DNA of 40,000 nucleotides from contig DKPJ01000017.1 of the NCBI GenBank assembly GCA_002480085.1, positions 205,684 to 245,683 on the forward strand, written 5' to 3'. Of the stretch, positions 8,724-17,706 are shown piece after piece. The first letter of the stretch is position 1. The number at the start of each line of letters is the position of its first letter. The stretch is from Enterobacteriaceae bacterium UBA7338 (GTDB lineage Bacteria; Pseudomonadota; Gammaproteobacteria; Enterobacterales; Enterobacteriaceae). The translations under genes were made by a program, and so were the position numbers. The notes below the pieces were generated by a model, which saw nothing but the letters and a program-made list of their open reading frames with translations, did not search any database and had not been told where the DNA came from.

Positions 8724-9710
8724 TTAAAACATAATACCTAATAATATTAACTGTGATTTGGTTTTCTGGGTAAACACAATACCGCTATTTTTGATGCCCT
8801 GCCTGACTCGCCTTACAGACTGTCTAATCAAAGATCGCCACTCCAGTCGCTCACTTGATGTCAAAGACCTATACCATTTAAAGTAGCGAACCGATACACC
8901 CCATAGCGTGCTGATAATCAAAGCCCAGGCATCATTTACGAGCAACTCTTTGTTTTGCGCAGGATCTTTCTGTTTAATATACTCTAAGACAAAGAAAGCA
9001 TTGTGGAGGACTTTACAATAGTTATGATTAACCCTTCGCGTCGTCGAGTTTGAATTATTTATGAAATAATATTCACCCTCAGACAAATAGATACTTTCGG
9101 CTAAGTCAAAAGAGATGCGTGAGATTACCTCATCATTATTCAGGTAATTGTTACCCTCTTTATTTAGAGTATCATACACCTCATAAGCCGATAAAATCAC
9201 ATCCCTGTTATAAAGACCAAACGCATGCACTCCCCATGCTCTAATGCAATTCGCAAAAACGTCATTACCCGACAAATTTTTGTCGGAGGTATAGCAAACA
9301 AATTTACCCGTTATACTCTTAGTTATGGAGTCTACATAATTTAATTTGAATAAAGAGATGTCGATTGCGGAGTTGGAAGCTAAAGGCGCAAATGCTTTTT
9401 CCAGAGAATCCTCGGCCAAACTATCATCACAATCAATTACAGCAATGTATTTTGACGTAGAGTAGCGAATAGCATTTTCTCGCGCTCTTGCAGCGCCCTT
9501 ATTCTCTTGTCTGAGTAGCTGAAGAGTAAACTGCTTCGGCTGATAGGATTCAACCAGCGCAGCTGTGTTATCTGTTGAGCCGTCATCGACGACAATGACG
9601 ACAAAACCTTGCAAAGACTGCCGATCGAGGGTAGCCAGAATCGTTAGGATATTTGCTTCTTCATTATACGCCGGAATAATAACACTTAAATCTTCACTTC
9701 CAATCCGCAT
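8724..9710 (-). CDS. GT2 (GT-A) glycosyltransferase
   Basis: 328-aa ORF with VIIPAYNEE, VVDDGSTDNT and DCDD (DxD), which are canonical GT2 motifs. Confidence 0.85.
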   Translation of the reverse strand: MRIGSEDLSVIIPAYNEEANILTILATLDRQSLQGFVVIVVDDGSTDNTAALVESYQPKQFTLQLLRQENKGAARARENAIRYSTSKYIAVIDCDDSLAEDSLEKAFAPLASNSAIDISLFKLNYVDSITKSITGKFVCYTSDKNLSGNDVFANCIRAWGVHAFGLYNRDVILSAYEVYDTLNKEGNNYLNNDEVISRISFDLAESIYLSEGEYYFINNSNSTTRRVNHNYCKVLHNAFFVLEYIKQKDPAQNKELLVNDAWALIISTLWGVSVRYFKWYRSLTSSERLEWRSLIRQSVRRVRQGIKNSGIVFTQKTKSQLILLGIMF

Positions 9711-9714
9711 TCTT

Positions 9715-10980
9715 TTAACCCACTTTATTCTTTATATGCCACAAATAAACTAACGCGGTAGCAATAAGATAGATAAAATATGTTGAGCAATATGCAAGAC
9801 TTACCCCTTCAAAGCCATAGTTGCTCGTCATTAGCTTCACTAGCAAAGGGAAAAGGATAGAAACTGATATTTCTAACGTTGCGTTAATAACAAAATAGCC
9901 TTTTGCTAATAAAATCGTTGCGAATAGCCAGCTGCAAATCCTGAAAAAGTCACCTATATTTTGATATAAAAAAAGGCCGCTTGCACGTTGAAAATCTTTG
10001 GTAAACAGAAAGCTAATAATAAAGTCTTTTAGATAAAAAATAGTCACTGCCATGGCGAGCGATAACGGCACAACTAATCGGGCACCGATTTTTAAAATAC
10101 TCAAATACTCGGCGCGCGTTTTTGCCGCTGCCGTTTGCGGGAAATAATATACCGTCATTGCTGTGGTTAAGACAGCCAGATAGGCTTCAGATATTTTACT
10201 TACCGCTTGCCAGTACCCGGAATACTCTATAGAAAAATCATTAGTCAAAATTGTTCGTACAACGATCAGAGAAATCGGCCCGGTTAACGCGCCGATTATT
10301 CCCATGGCGAAGTACTTACTCATTTCATTGATTTGCTGCCTTGGTGCCGTTCCATACCAATACTTGAACTTGAACCAGGGTTTTTTCAGAATAATAACTA
10401 TCAACCAAAAACCGGCAATGGCATTATTGAGTGCAGCAGCAATGAGCGCGCCTTTTAAGCCTAAAAAATAGACCAACCCGGTCATGGATATTACCGATGA
10501 GGCAATAGCAAATAAGTTTGCCAAAAAAAACTTATTGTAATCACCCAATCCATTTAATACGCCAAGAAAGATACTGTTTATAATATTTAGCGGTAATACC
10601 ATTAACGCTAAGATTATAAGCCAGTAAAACTCCCTAGTATGAAAAAGATACTCAGCTAACTGGCCTGAGGAGAGGATCCCCAGGCACATTATGAAACAAC
10701 AGGCGATGGTTGAAAGTTTTATTGCAGCACGCCAGTAGGGCTGAGCATTTTCATAAGAATCTCGATGCTCAGCCGAATAGCGATTAACTCCCTGCGAAAC
10801 CTGGGATGAGATAAATCCATTAATGAAGGTTACAAAATTCTGTAACTGCCCCAGATTTGATATTCCTGCCGGGCCTGTATAAATGGCTACTACCTTGGAA
10901 ATTATAAGTCCGCATGCAAGTCTAAAGCAGGTAATGACTCCGCTCAGTATCGTTACTCTTGCAAAGCTCAAAGTACCCAT
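9715..10980 (-). CDS. wzx: O-antigen flippase Wzx (PST/MOP family), WzxE-like
   Basis: 421-aa polytopic membrane ORF. The N-terminal ...[21 protein letters not shown]... and central [16 protein letters not shown] resemble E. coli WzxE (..GPAGLGLAANF.., WQGVSSISDAYLQFIT) as I recall it. Its start overlaps the upstream aminotransferase by 13 nt. Confidence 0.8.
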   Translation of the reverse strand: MGTLSFARVTILSGVITCFRLACGLIISKVVAIYTGPAGISNLGQLQNFVTFINGFISSQVSQGVNRYSAEHRDSYENAQPYWRAAIKLSTIACCFIMCLGILSSGQLAEYLFHTREFYWLIILALMVLPLNIINSIFLGVLNGLGDYNKFFLANLFAIASSVISMTGLVYFLGLKGALIAAALNNAIAGFWLIVIILKKPWFKFKYWYGTAPRQQINEMSKYFAMGIIGALTGPISLIVVRTILTNDFSIEYSGYWQAVSKISEAYLAVLTTAMTVYYFPQTAAAKTRAEYLSILKIGARLVVPLSLAMAVTIFYLKDFIISFLFTKDFQRASGLFLYQNIGDFFRICSWLFATILLAKGYFVINATLEISVSILFPLLVKLMTSNYGFEGVSLAYCSTYFIYLIATALVYLWHIKNKVG

Positions 10981-12071
10981 CCATTTAGCGTATTGATCAC
11001 ATGCTCAACATCTGAATCGGCCAGCGTTGGATCCATAGGTATAGACAATACGCTACGATGCAAGGATTCAGAAATTGGCAGATTCAGATGCTTCAGTTCT
11101 TCATAGGCAGCTTGCTGATGCGGCGGAATAGGATAGTGAATGAGCGTTTGAACACCGTTATTATCCAGATGATCCTTTAGAGCCTGTCTGTGGTCCGTTT
11201 TAATAACAAACAGATGCCAGACATGCTCCTGTTCTTCATCAATATTAGGCAGATCGATATGCGGATTATTTATTGATGTAAGATATTTACGTGCAATTTC
11301 ACGGCGTCGTGCTGTCTCACCATCAAGATACTTCAACTTCACAGCGAGCATGGCCGCCTGCATTTCATCAAGCCGGCTATTAATGCCTTTGTATTTGTTC
11401 TGATATTTTACATGGGAACCATAATTCCGCAGCGCGAAGAGAACCTGAGCGAGTTCATCATCGTTGGTTGTTATCGCGCCCGCATCGCCAAGGGCACCCA
11501 GGTTTTTCCCTGGATAGAAACTAAAGCCAGCCGCATGGCCCCATGAGCCACATTTCTGCCCATCGATTGTCGCCCCATGCGACTGGGCGCAGTCTTCAAG
11601 CACTAACAGATCGTGTTTAGCAGCAATCTCCATGATGCCTTTCATCGGAGAGATACGGCCATAAAGATGCACAGGTAAGATGGCTTTGGTCTTATCTGTG
11701 ATAGCTTTGCTTATTCCTTCCACGCTTAGATTGAATGTCGAAGGATCTGGCTCAACAAGAACGGGAGTCAAATCGTTTTGCGTGATGGCGAGAATCGATG
11801 CGATATACGTATTCGCTGGGACAATGACTTCATCACCGTCCTGTAGTTTCCCCATCTCTTTCCAGGCGCGAAGTACCAGTATCAGGGCGTCTAAACCATT
11901 AGCAACCCCAATCGCATGTTTTACTCCACACCACTCTGCATACTCTTTTTCAAAGGTTTTAAGCTCGGTACCCATAATATACCAGCCGGAGTCAATAACC
12001 CGCGAGCATGCTTCTTTAAGTTCTCTTTCATAACAGTTATTAATTTTTTTTAAGTTCAGAAAGTCAACCAT
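10968..12071 (-). CDS. DegT/DnrJ/EryC1-family PLP aminotransferase (FdtB/QdtB type: dTDP-3-oxo-6-deoxyhexose 3-aminotransferase)
   Basis: 367-aa [18 protein letters not shown] carries the conserved PLP lysine, and the family architecture is typical. Its context, beside an FdtA/QdtA isomerase and a small LbH acetyltransferase and downstream of rmlBA, supports the call. Confidence 0.85.
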   Translation of the reverse strand: MVDFLNLKKINNCYERELKEACSRVIDSGWYIMGTELKTFEKEYAEWCGVKHAIGVANGLDALILVLRAWKEMGKLQDGDEVIVPANTYIASILAITQNDLTPVLVEPDPSTFNLSVEGISKAITDKTKAILPVHLYGRISPMKGIMEIAAKHDLLVLEDCAQSHGATIDGQKCGSWGHAAGFSFYPGKNLGALGDAGAITTNDDELAQVLFALRNYGSHVKYQNKYKGINSRLDEMQAAMLAVKLKYLDGETARRREIARKYLTSINNPHIDLPNIDEEQEHVWHLFVIKTDHRQALKDHLDNNGVQTLIHYPIPPHQQAAYEELKHLNLPISESLHRSVLSIPMDPTLADSDVEHVINTLNGWVL

Positions 12072-12074
12072 AAT

Positions 12075-12530
12075 CTACTTCTCCTTCAAAATTCTAGCTG
12101 GATTGCCAACCACTGTAGCATTTGCTGGCACATCCTTCGTCACTACAGCCCCTGCCCCTACCATTGCACCCTCTCCAATCACAATGCCGGGAAGAATGGT
12201 TGCATTTGCGCCAATAGAGGCCCCTTTTTTCACAACGATGCGTGAAAATTGCTCGGGATAAACTTTAGAGCGCGGCTTTTTATCGTTTGTGAATGCAACG
12301 CATGGACCAATAAATACATCATCTTCAAGCGTAACACCATCCCATATATATACACCTGACTTTACCGTTACCCGGTTTCCGATGACGACATCATTCTCGA
12401 TCAGCGTATGGGCACAAATATTACAATTATCGCCGATCACTGCCCCAGGTAATATGACAGAGAATTGCCAGACGTTGGTATTTTCGCCAATATGGCTGGA
12501 TTGTACATCACTCAGCTTGTGCAGATTCAT
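12075..12530 (-). CDS. Left-handed beta-helix (hexapeptide) N-acetyltransferase (FdtC/QdtC type: dTDP-3-amino-3,6-dideoxyhexose N-acetyltransferase)
   Basis: 151-aa ORF with repeated hexapeptide [LIV]-G-x4 units ([46 protein letters not shown]). An AGGAG Shine-Dalgarno lies 10 nt upstream of the ATG at 12530, inside the 3' end of the upstream gene (23-nt overlap). Confidence 0.8.
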   Translation of the reverse strand: MNLHKLSDVQSSHIGENTNVWQFSVILPGAVIGDNCNICAHTLIENDVVIGNRVTVKSGVYIWDGVTLEDDVFIGPCVAFTNDKKPRSKVYPEQFSRIVVKKGASIGANATILPGIVIGEGAMVGAGAVVTKDVPANATVVGNPARILKEK

Positions 12531-12924
12531 CTCTTACCGACTCCTGAAATGCTTCATAATTTCTGATGTAGTCACTTTCATCGTAGACGTCACTTGCAAG
12601 CACTAAAAGGATACAATCATCAGAATAGTTATACATCTCATGCCAGATAGCTGGCTCAATCAGCAATCCCTGAGCAGGATCATTTAACAGAACCTCTTCT
12701 TTATCAACGCCATCGTCTAAATGGAAATAACAGGAGCCTCTGACCGCTATCGCCAGCTGTCTCAGCGCCTTATGAGCGTGAAAACCCCGGCGTACATTAT
12801 CTTTAGTGCCAAACATGTAATAGACGCGTTTGATCTCGAAGGGAACGTTTTTAATTTGCTCAAGGGCAACGAGCATACCACGCTCATCACCATGCTTCTG
12901 GAAGGGTAATAACTCAATTTTCAT
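12508..12924 (-). CDS. FdtA/QdtA-family cupin: dTDP-4-oxo-6-deoxy-D-glucose 3,4-ketoisomerase
   Basis: 138-aa ORF. The region ...[47 protein letters not shown]...[19 protein letters not shown] is colinear with A. thermoaerophilus FdtA (IKRVYYIFDT..PRGFHAHKKL..VLASDYYDETDYIRQYDNF) as I recall it. The HxH motif is present. Confidence 0.85.
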   Translation of the reverse strand: MKIELLPFQKHGDERGMLVALEQIKNVPFEIKRVYYMFGTKDNVRRGFHAHKALRQLAIAVRGSCYFHLDDGVDKEEVLLNDPAQGLLIEPAIWHEMYNYSDDCILLVLASDVYDESDYIRNYEAFQESVRDESAQAE

Positions 12925-13789
12925 ATTTTTTCACTAAATTCATTAAATATTGGCCGTAGCTGTTCTTCTCTAACTTTTTACCAAAAGTATAGACTTCATT
13001 ATTACTTAACCAGCCATTACGCCATGCAATCTCTTCCGGGCACGCAACCATCATTCCCTGACGTTTCTGTACCGTTTCGACAAAGCTTCCCGCCTCAATT
13101 AAGCTATCGTGGGTGCCCGTATCCAGCCATGCAAAACCACGTCCCAGTAACTCAACGGTTAATGCGTTATTATTGAGATAAACTTCATTTATCGAGGTGA
13201 TTTCAATCTCCCCTCTGGCGGAGGGTTTGATCGTTTTGGCGATATCGACAACATTGTTGTCATAAAAATATAACCCTGTTACGGCCCAGTTTGATTTGGG
13301 TTTCACTGGCTTCTCTTCAATGCTTAACGCCTTAAAGTTGCCATCAAACTCAACCACCCCAAAGCGTTCGGGATCCATTACCTGGTAGCCGAAAACGGTC
13401 GCTCCCGAATTACGCTCAGCAGCGCTTCTTAGTTTTGGCGTAAACCCTTGACCAAAGAAGATATTATCCCCTAACACAAGGCATACCGGATCCTGACCAA
13501 TAAACTGTTCACCAATAATAAAGGCCTGCGCCAGGCCATCAGGCGAGGGCTGGACGGCAAAAGATAAATTTATGCCGAATTGACTGCCATCACCTAGCAG
13601 CCGGATAAACCCTTGCTGGTCTTCGGGGGTCGTAATAATTAAGATGTCTTTTATACCAGCAAGCATTAACACGGATAACGGGTAATAGATCATCGGCTTA
13701 TCATAAACAGGCAGCAACTGTTTAGATACGCCCATAGTAATTGGATAAAGCCGTGTACCTGATCCACCAGCAAGAATGATGCCTTTCAT
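12914..13789 (-). CDS. rmlA: Glucose-1-phosphate thymidylyltransferase
   Basis: 291-aa ORF with [18 protein letters not shown] (the G-G-x-G-T-R-L signature), [11 protein letters not shown] and LGDNIF, a classic RmlA/RfbA. It starts 1 nt after the rmlB stop. Confidence 0.95.
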   Translation of the reverse strand: MKGIILAGGSGTRLYPITMGVSKQLLPVYDKPMIYYPLSVLMLAGIKDILIITTPEDQQGFIRLLGDGSQFGINLSFAVQPSPDGLAQAFIIGEQFIGQDPVCLVLGDNIFFGQGFTPKLRSAAERNSGATVFGYQVMDPERFGVVEFDGNFKALSIEEKPVKPKSNWAVTGLYFYDNNVVDIAKTIKPSARGEIEITSINEVYLNNNALTVELLGRGFAWLDTGTHDSLIEAGSFVETVQKRQGMMVACPEEIAWRNGWLSNNEVYTFGKKLEKNSYGQYLMNLVKKYEN

Positions 13790-13790
13790 C

Positions 13791-14864
13791 TTATTCTAAT
13801 CCTAAACGTTCACGTTGATAGCTACCGTCCTGCACGCGACGACACCACTCACTATTGTTTAAGTACCACTCCACCGTTTTACGGATCCCGGACTCGAAGG
13901 TCTCCTCCGGCCTCCAGCCCAGCTCGCGGCTGATTTTATCCGCGTCAATAGCGTAGCGGCGGTCATGGCCCGGACGATCGCTTACGTAGGTGATCTGCTC
14001 GCGGTAAGAGCCGCTTTTCGGCACGATCTCGTCAAGCAGATCGCAGATGGTCTGCACCACGTCCAGATTCTGCTTCTCGTTATGGCCGCCAATGTTGTAG
14101 GTCTCTCCGGGTGTGCCCTGAGTGACTACGGTATAGAGCGCGCGGGCATGATCTTCCACGTAGAGCCAGTCGCGGATCTGATCGCCTTTGCCATAGATCG
14201 GCAGCGGTTTGCCCTCCAGCGCGTTGAGGATCACCAGCGGGATCAGCTTCTCCGGGAAGTGATATGGGCCGTAGTTATTAGAGCAGTTTGTGACCAGCGT
14301 CGGCAGGCCATAGGTACGACGCCATGCGCGCACCAGGTGATCGCTGGATGCTTTAGACGAGGAGTAGGGGCTGCTGGGGGCATACGCTGTCTGTTCGGTA
14401 AAGAGCGGCAGCGCCGCGCCCTGCGGGTGCTCATCAGGATGCGGCAGATCGCCGTACACTTCATCAGTAGAGATATGGTGGAAGCGAAACGCTTTTTTCG
14501 CCTCATCGCTTAAGGTCAGCCAGTAAGCGCGGGCGGCCTCCAGCAGAACGTAGGTCCCGACAATGTTGGTTTCGATAAAATCAGCCGGGCCGGTGATGGA
14601 GCGGTCAACGTGACTCTCCGCCGCCAGGTGCATTACCGCATCAGGCTGATGCTCGGCAAAGACACGAGCCAGCTCTGCGGCATCGCAAATATCGACACGC
14701 TCAAAGACATAACGATCGCTATCTGCAACATCAACTAGCGATTCCAGATTGCCGGCGTAAGTCAATTTATCAACATTCACAACGGAATCTTGGGTATTTT
14801 TAATAATATGTCGGACAACCGCAGAGCCAATAAAACCCGCTCCGCCAGTAACAAGGATTTTCAC
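13791..14864 (-). CDS. rmlB: dTDP-glucose 4,6-dehydratase
   Basis: 357-aa ORF with a GTG start, as in E. coli rfbB. It has TGGAGFIGS (Rossmann), ISTDEVYG and [11 protein letters not shown] (YxxxK). It is the first gene after galF and the JUMPstart element. Confidence 0.95.
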   Translation of the reverse strand: MKILVTGGAGFIGSAVVRHIIKNTQDSVVNVDKLTYAGNLESLVDVADSDRYVFERVDICDAAELARVFAEHQPDAVMHLAAESHVDRSITGPADFIETNIVGTYVLLEAARAYWLTLSDEAKKAFRFHHISTDEVYGDLPHPDEHPQGAALPLFTEQTAYAPSSPYSSSKASSDHLVRAWRRTYGLPTLVTNCSNNYGPYHFPEKLIPLVILNALEGKPLPIYGKGDQIRDWLYVEDHARALYTVVTQGTPGETYNIGGHNEKQNLDVVQTICDLLDEIVPKSGSYREQITYVSDRPGHDRRYAIDADKISRELGWRPEETFESGIRKTVEWYLNNSEWCRRVQDGSYQRERLGLE

Positions 14865-14924
14865 GCTATCAATTCCGTCAATTCAAGAAGTTGCGGGTCG
14901 AAGCATGATTGCTCAAAGAGCAGA

Positions 14925-14963
14925 CACGCTACCGCCCCAGGCTCAACAGCTACCAGTGGACTG
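14925..14963 (-). promoter_or_regulatory. 39-bp JUMPstart element with an exact ops site (RfaH recruitment / antitermination) in the O-antigen operon leader
   Basis: The minus strand reads CAGTCCACTGGTAGCTGTTGAGCCTGGGGCGGTAGCGTG. It contains the two GGTAGC repeats and the 12-nt ops GGCGGTAGCGTG (14936..14925). Its 3' end is 60 nt upstream of the rmlB GTG. Confidence 0.9.
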
Positions 14964-15130
14964 ATTCAGACCAGATTGTGCAGAAACTCACGCCCAAACC
15001 CGTGCTGCTGGGCGATAAATCAGTTGCTAATTGTCATCTTAAACGCGTAGAGAAACAAGGAAAATTCTTAGCGTTTTATTGTATGAATAATCATCACAAC
15101 CCCTTGATCTACAAGAATTTGGGGGTTGTA

Positions 15131-15196
15131 AAACAAAAACGGCAAGCGATTGTTCAACGCGATTTGCTACCGCATGATGAACGATCACTTGCCGTC
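15131..15196 (-). terminator. Probable intrinsic terminator downstream of galF (long imperfect hairpin plus U run)
   Basis: The minus-strand RNA reads ACGGCAAG...(imperfectly paired extension)...CTTGCCGT followed by TTTTGTTT. The outer stem is a perfect 8 bp, further inner pairs have about 3 mismatches, and the hairpin begins 30 nt after the galF stop. Confidence 0.5.
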
Positions 15197-15225
15197 TAAT
15201 TAAATAAATATTACTTAATCGTGAC

Positions 15226-16128
15226 TCAGGCCTGGCTTTGGCTCAGCAGCTTTTGAATGCTGTCACGGAACTTCTGCCCTTCCTTCAGGTTACGCAGGCC
15301 ATACTTCACAAACGCCTGCATGTAACCCATTTTTTTACCGCAGTCATAGCTGTCGCCGGTCATCAGCATAGCGTCAACGGACTGTTTTTCCGCCAGTCGG
15401 GCGATGGCGTCAGTAAGCTGAATACGGCCCCACGCGCCCGGCTCGGTTTTCTCCAGCTCTGCCCAGATATCTGCCGACAGAACATAGCGTCCTACCGCCA
15501 TCAGGTCAGAGTCAAGCGTCTGCGGCTGATCCGGCTTCTCGATGAAGTTAGTAATGCGGCTTACTTTACCTTCGCTATCCAGCGGCTCTTTAGTCTGGAT
15601 CACAGAGTACTCGGAGAGATCGCCTTTCATGCGCTTCGCCAGCACCTGGCTGCGGCCGGTCTCGTTGAAGCGGGCCACCATCGCGGCCAGGTTATAGCGC
15701 AGCGGATCGGCGCTGGCGTTATCCAGAATGATGTCCGGCAGTACCACCACAAAGGGGTTATCGCCGACGATAGGACGCGCGCAGAGAATGGAGTGGCCCA
15801 GACCCAGCGGCTGCGCCTGGCGCACGTTCATGATAGTCACGCCCGGCGGACAGATAGACTGCACTTCCGCCAGCAGCTGGCGCTTAACGCGCTGCTCCAG
15901 CAGGGCTTCAAGCTCATAGGAGGTGTCGAAGTGGTTCTCTACCGCGTTTTTAGACGAGTGGGTAACCAGAACGATCTCTTTGATCCCTGCAGCAACCACT
16001 TCATCGACGATGTACTGGATCATCGGCTTATCGACGATCGGCAGCATCTCTTTAGGGATCGCCTTGGTGGCAGGCAGCATGTGCATCCCCAGACCCGCTA
16101 CCGGAATAACCGCTTTCAAATTAATCAT
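15226..16128 (-). CDS. galF: GalF, a UTP-glucose-1-phosphate uridylyltransferase homologue (GalU-like regulatory subunit)
   Basis: The ORF track start (16140, GTG) gives MEVIM.... I prefer the ATG at 16128 ([41 protein letters not shown]..., 300 aa), which is colinear with E. coli GalF ([41 protein letters not shown]...). Confidence 0.95.
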   Translation of the reverse strand: MINLKAVIPVAGLGMHMLPATKAIPKEMLPIVDKPMIQYIVDEVVAAGIKEIVLVTHSSKNAVENHFDTSYELEALLEQRVKRQLLAEVQSICPPGVTIMNVRQAQPLGLGHSILCARPIVGDNPFVVVLPDIILDNASADPLRYNLAAMVARFNETGRSQVLAKRMKGDLSEYSVIQTKEPLDSEGKVSRITNFIEKPDQPQTLDSDLMAVGRYVLSADIWAELEKTEPGAWGRIQLTDAIARLAEKQSVDAMLMTGDSYDCGKKMGYMQAFVKYGLRNLKEGQKFRDSIQKLLSQSQA

Positions 16129-16293
16129 TATCACTTCCACCTATAAAATGGTTGCTGAATTATAGCCCTTTGATCTCGTTTAGCCAGCACGATTTAGCTG
16201 GATGACCTCTATCAATTGCGGCATCTGTAATAGATGTAATACGAAGCCGCGGGTTGAGGCTCCAGGAATCCTCGCAAAGTGCCTCTGGAACTA

Positions 16294-17694
16294 TTATGAG
16301 CGCTTTGTTGGCAGGGAAAAGTTTAATTTTTCAGCGTTAATAACCTGCTGATCGAGCCGGTCAATATCCACCGAACTCTGCCCTTTTTCATTCACAGCAT
16401 GAATATTCGCCAGCGAAAGCAGGGTGTCCCGCTTCGCCATAAAGCGGCCACGCACGTCCTTGCGCAGGTCGAAATGGAGCTTCAGCGCCGGGCCGGTGGC
16501 CGCCTCCTGCATCACCTGAATATTACGCATAAACAGGTGCTGAGGCTTATTATGCATCTCCAGAGACGCACGCTGAATATTGAGATTGGTGAGAGAGACA
16601 AACGAGGCGGCATTTCCCGATGAGATCTGAATGCCGCGTAATTTCCGCGTCTCGCCGGCGTTGTCTAAATGGATCGCATTTAGCCTAAAATTTTGCGGTA
16701 TCGAAAGATAATTACCTTTAATTACCCCGTAGCCAATTAGCATTCCGGCGCTGTTGCGCATTTTTACATCATCGATAACGAAATTATCGCAGCCGTAAAT
16801 GGCAACCGTGGCGTTATCAATGCCCGCTTTTTTACTGTAGTCGGGGGTGATATCCGTAGCGGTGATGTGGCGGATGACAAAGTGCTTGCCGTTTTCAACG
16901 TGCACCAGCTGGCGGCAGTGGCTGCCGGTAATGTTGGCGACGGTAAAGTGTTTTACCGCCTGGTCTTCCGGGTAGTCGTTATCGTAGGTGCTGCCCGCCA
17001 GCCCGATGCCGATCCCCCAGTTAATTTTGCCGTTGGTACAGTCGATATGGTCAATGACGTGGTCGGAGATGAGCAGGTTACGATCGTTAATCGCCACGTT
17101 CCACTCAATGGCGTCCCCCTGCAGATAGCTGAAACGACCGTTGGTGATACGTGCGCCGTCGATCTGGTTGTGAAAGCCCTGGCGCAGAATGGCGTAGTTG
17201 GCTTTAGTCACCGTAATGTTATCGATGACGAGGTTGCGCATCACCCGCTTCTCTTTGCCACCGATATAGATCTGCGTCACCGGACCGTAGCCGCTCATCG
17301 CCACGCCCTCGATAGTACAGTCCGAGCCGCGCACGTCGAGGGTGATATTATAGAGGCTGCCACCCTCTTCACCCCGTACCCGACAGCCATCCTGCAACAC
17401 GAAGCGCCCCCGGCCATTGCCCTTGAGCGCCCCGCGTATCAGCAGCGTTTTACCCGCCGGGATAAAAATTGCGGTGTTGATGTTCTCGCAGATCACGCCC
17501 GCCGGGACCAGCACCGTGCTGGCCTCGGCAAAGGCCTGCTTAAAGGCGGCGATAACGTCATTTTTCAGGTAGCGGCGGATATCAACGCTGCCGGACGCCT
17601 GCGCAAAAAGCGGTGAAGCGTGCAGCAGGGGCAGCGCCGCCAGGGCAGAGCCTGCGCCGATAAAGCGGCGGCGGGAGAGTAAAATATCTGGCAT
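16294..17694 (-). CDS. wcaM: Colanic acid biosynthesis protein WcaM (Tat-exported; biochemical function unassigned)
   Basis: 466-aa ORF with the twin-arginine signal [33 protein letters not shown]. It is the last gene of the wca cluster before galF and is in the same length class as E. coli WcaM. Confidence 0.9.
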   Translation of the reverse strand: MPDILLSRRRFIGAGSALAALPLLHASPLFAQASGSVDIRRYLKNDVIAAFKQAFAEASTVLVPAGVICENINTAIFIPAGKTLLIRGALKGNGRGRFVLQDGCRVRGEEGGSLYNITLDVRGSDCTIEGVAMSGYGPVTQIYIGGKEKRVMRNLVIDNITVTKANYAILRQGFHNQIDGARITNGRFSYLQGDAIEWNVAINDRNLLISDHVIDHIDCTNGKINWGIGIGLAGSTYDNDYPEDQAVKHFTVANITGSHCRQLVHVENGKHFVIRHITATDITPDYSKKAGIDNATVAIYGCDNFVIDDVKMRNSAGMLIGYGVIKGNYLSIPQNFRLNAIHLDNAGETRKLRGIQISSGNAASFVSLTNLNIQRASLEMHNKPQHLFMRNIQVMQEAATGPALKLHFDLRKDVRGRFMAKRDTLLSLANIHAVNEKGQSSVDIDRLDQQVINAEKLNFSLPTKRS

Positions 17695-17706
17695 ATAACC
17701 TCTGGC

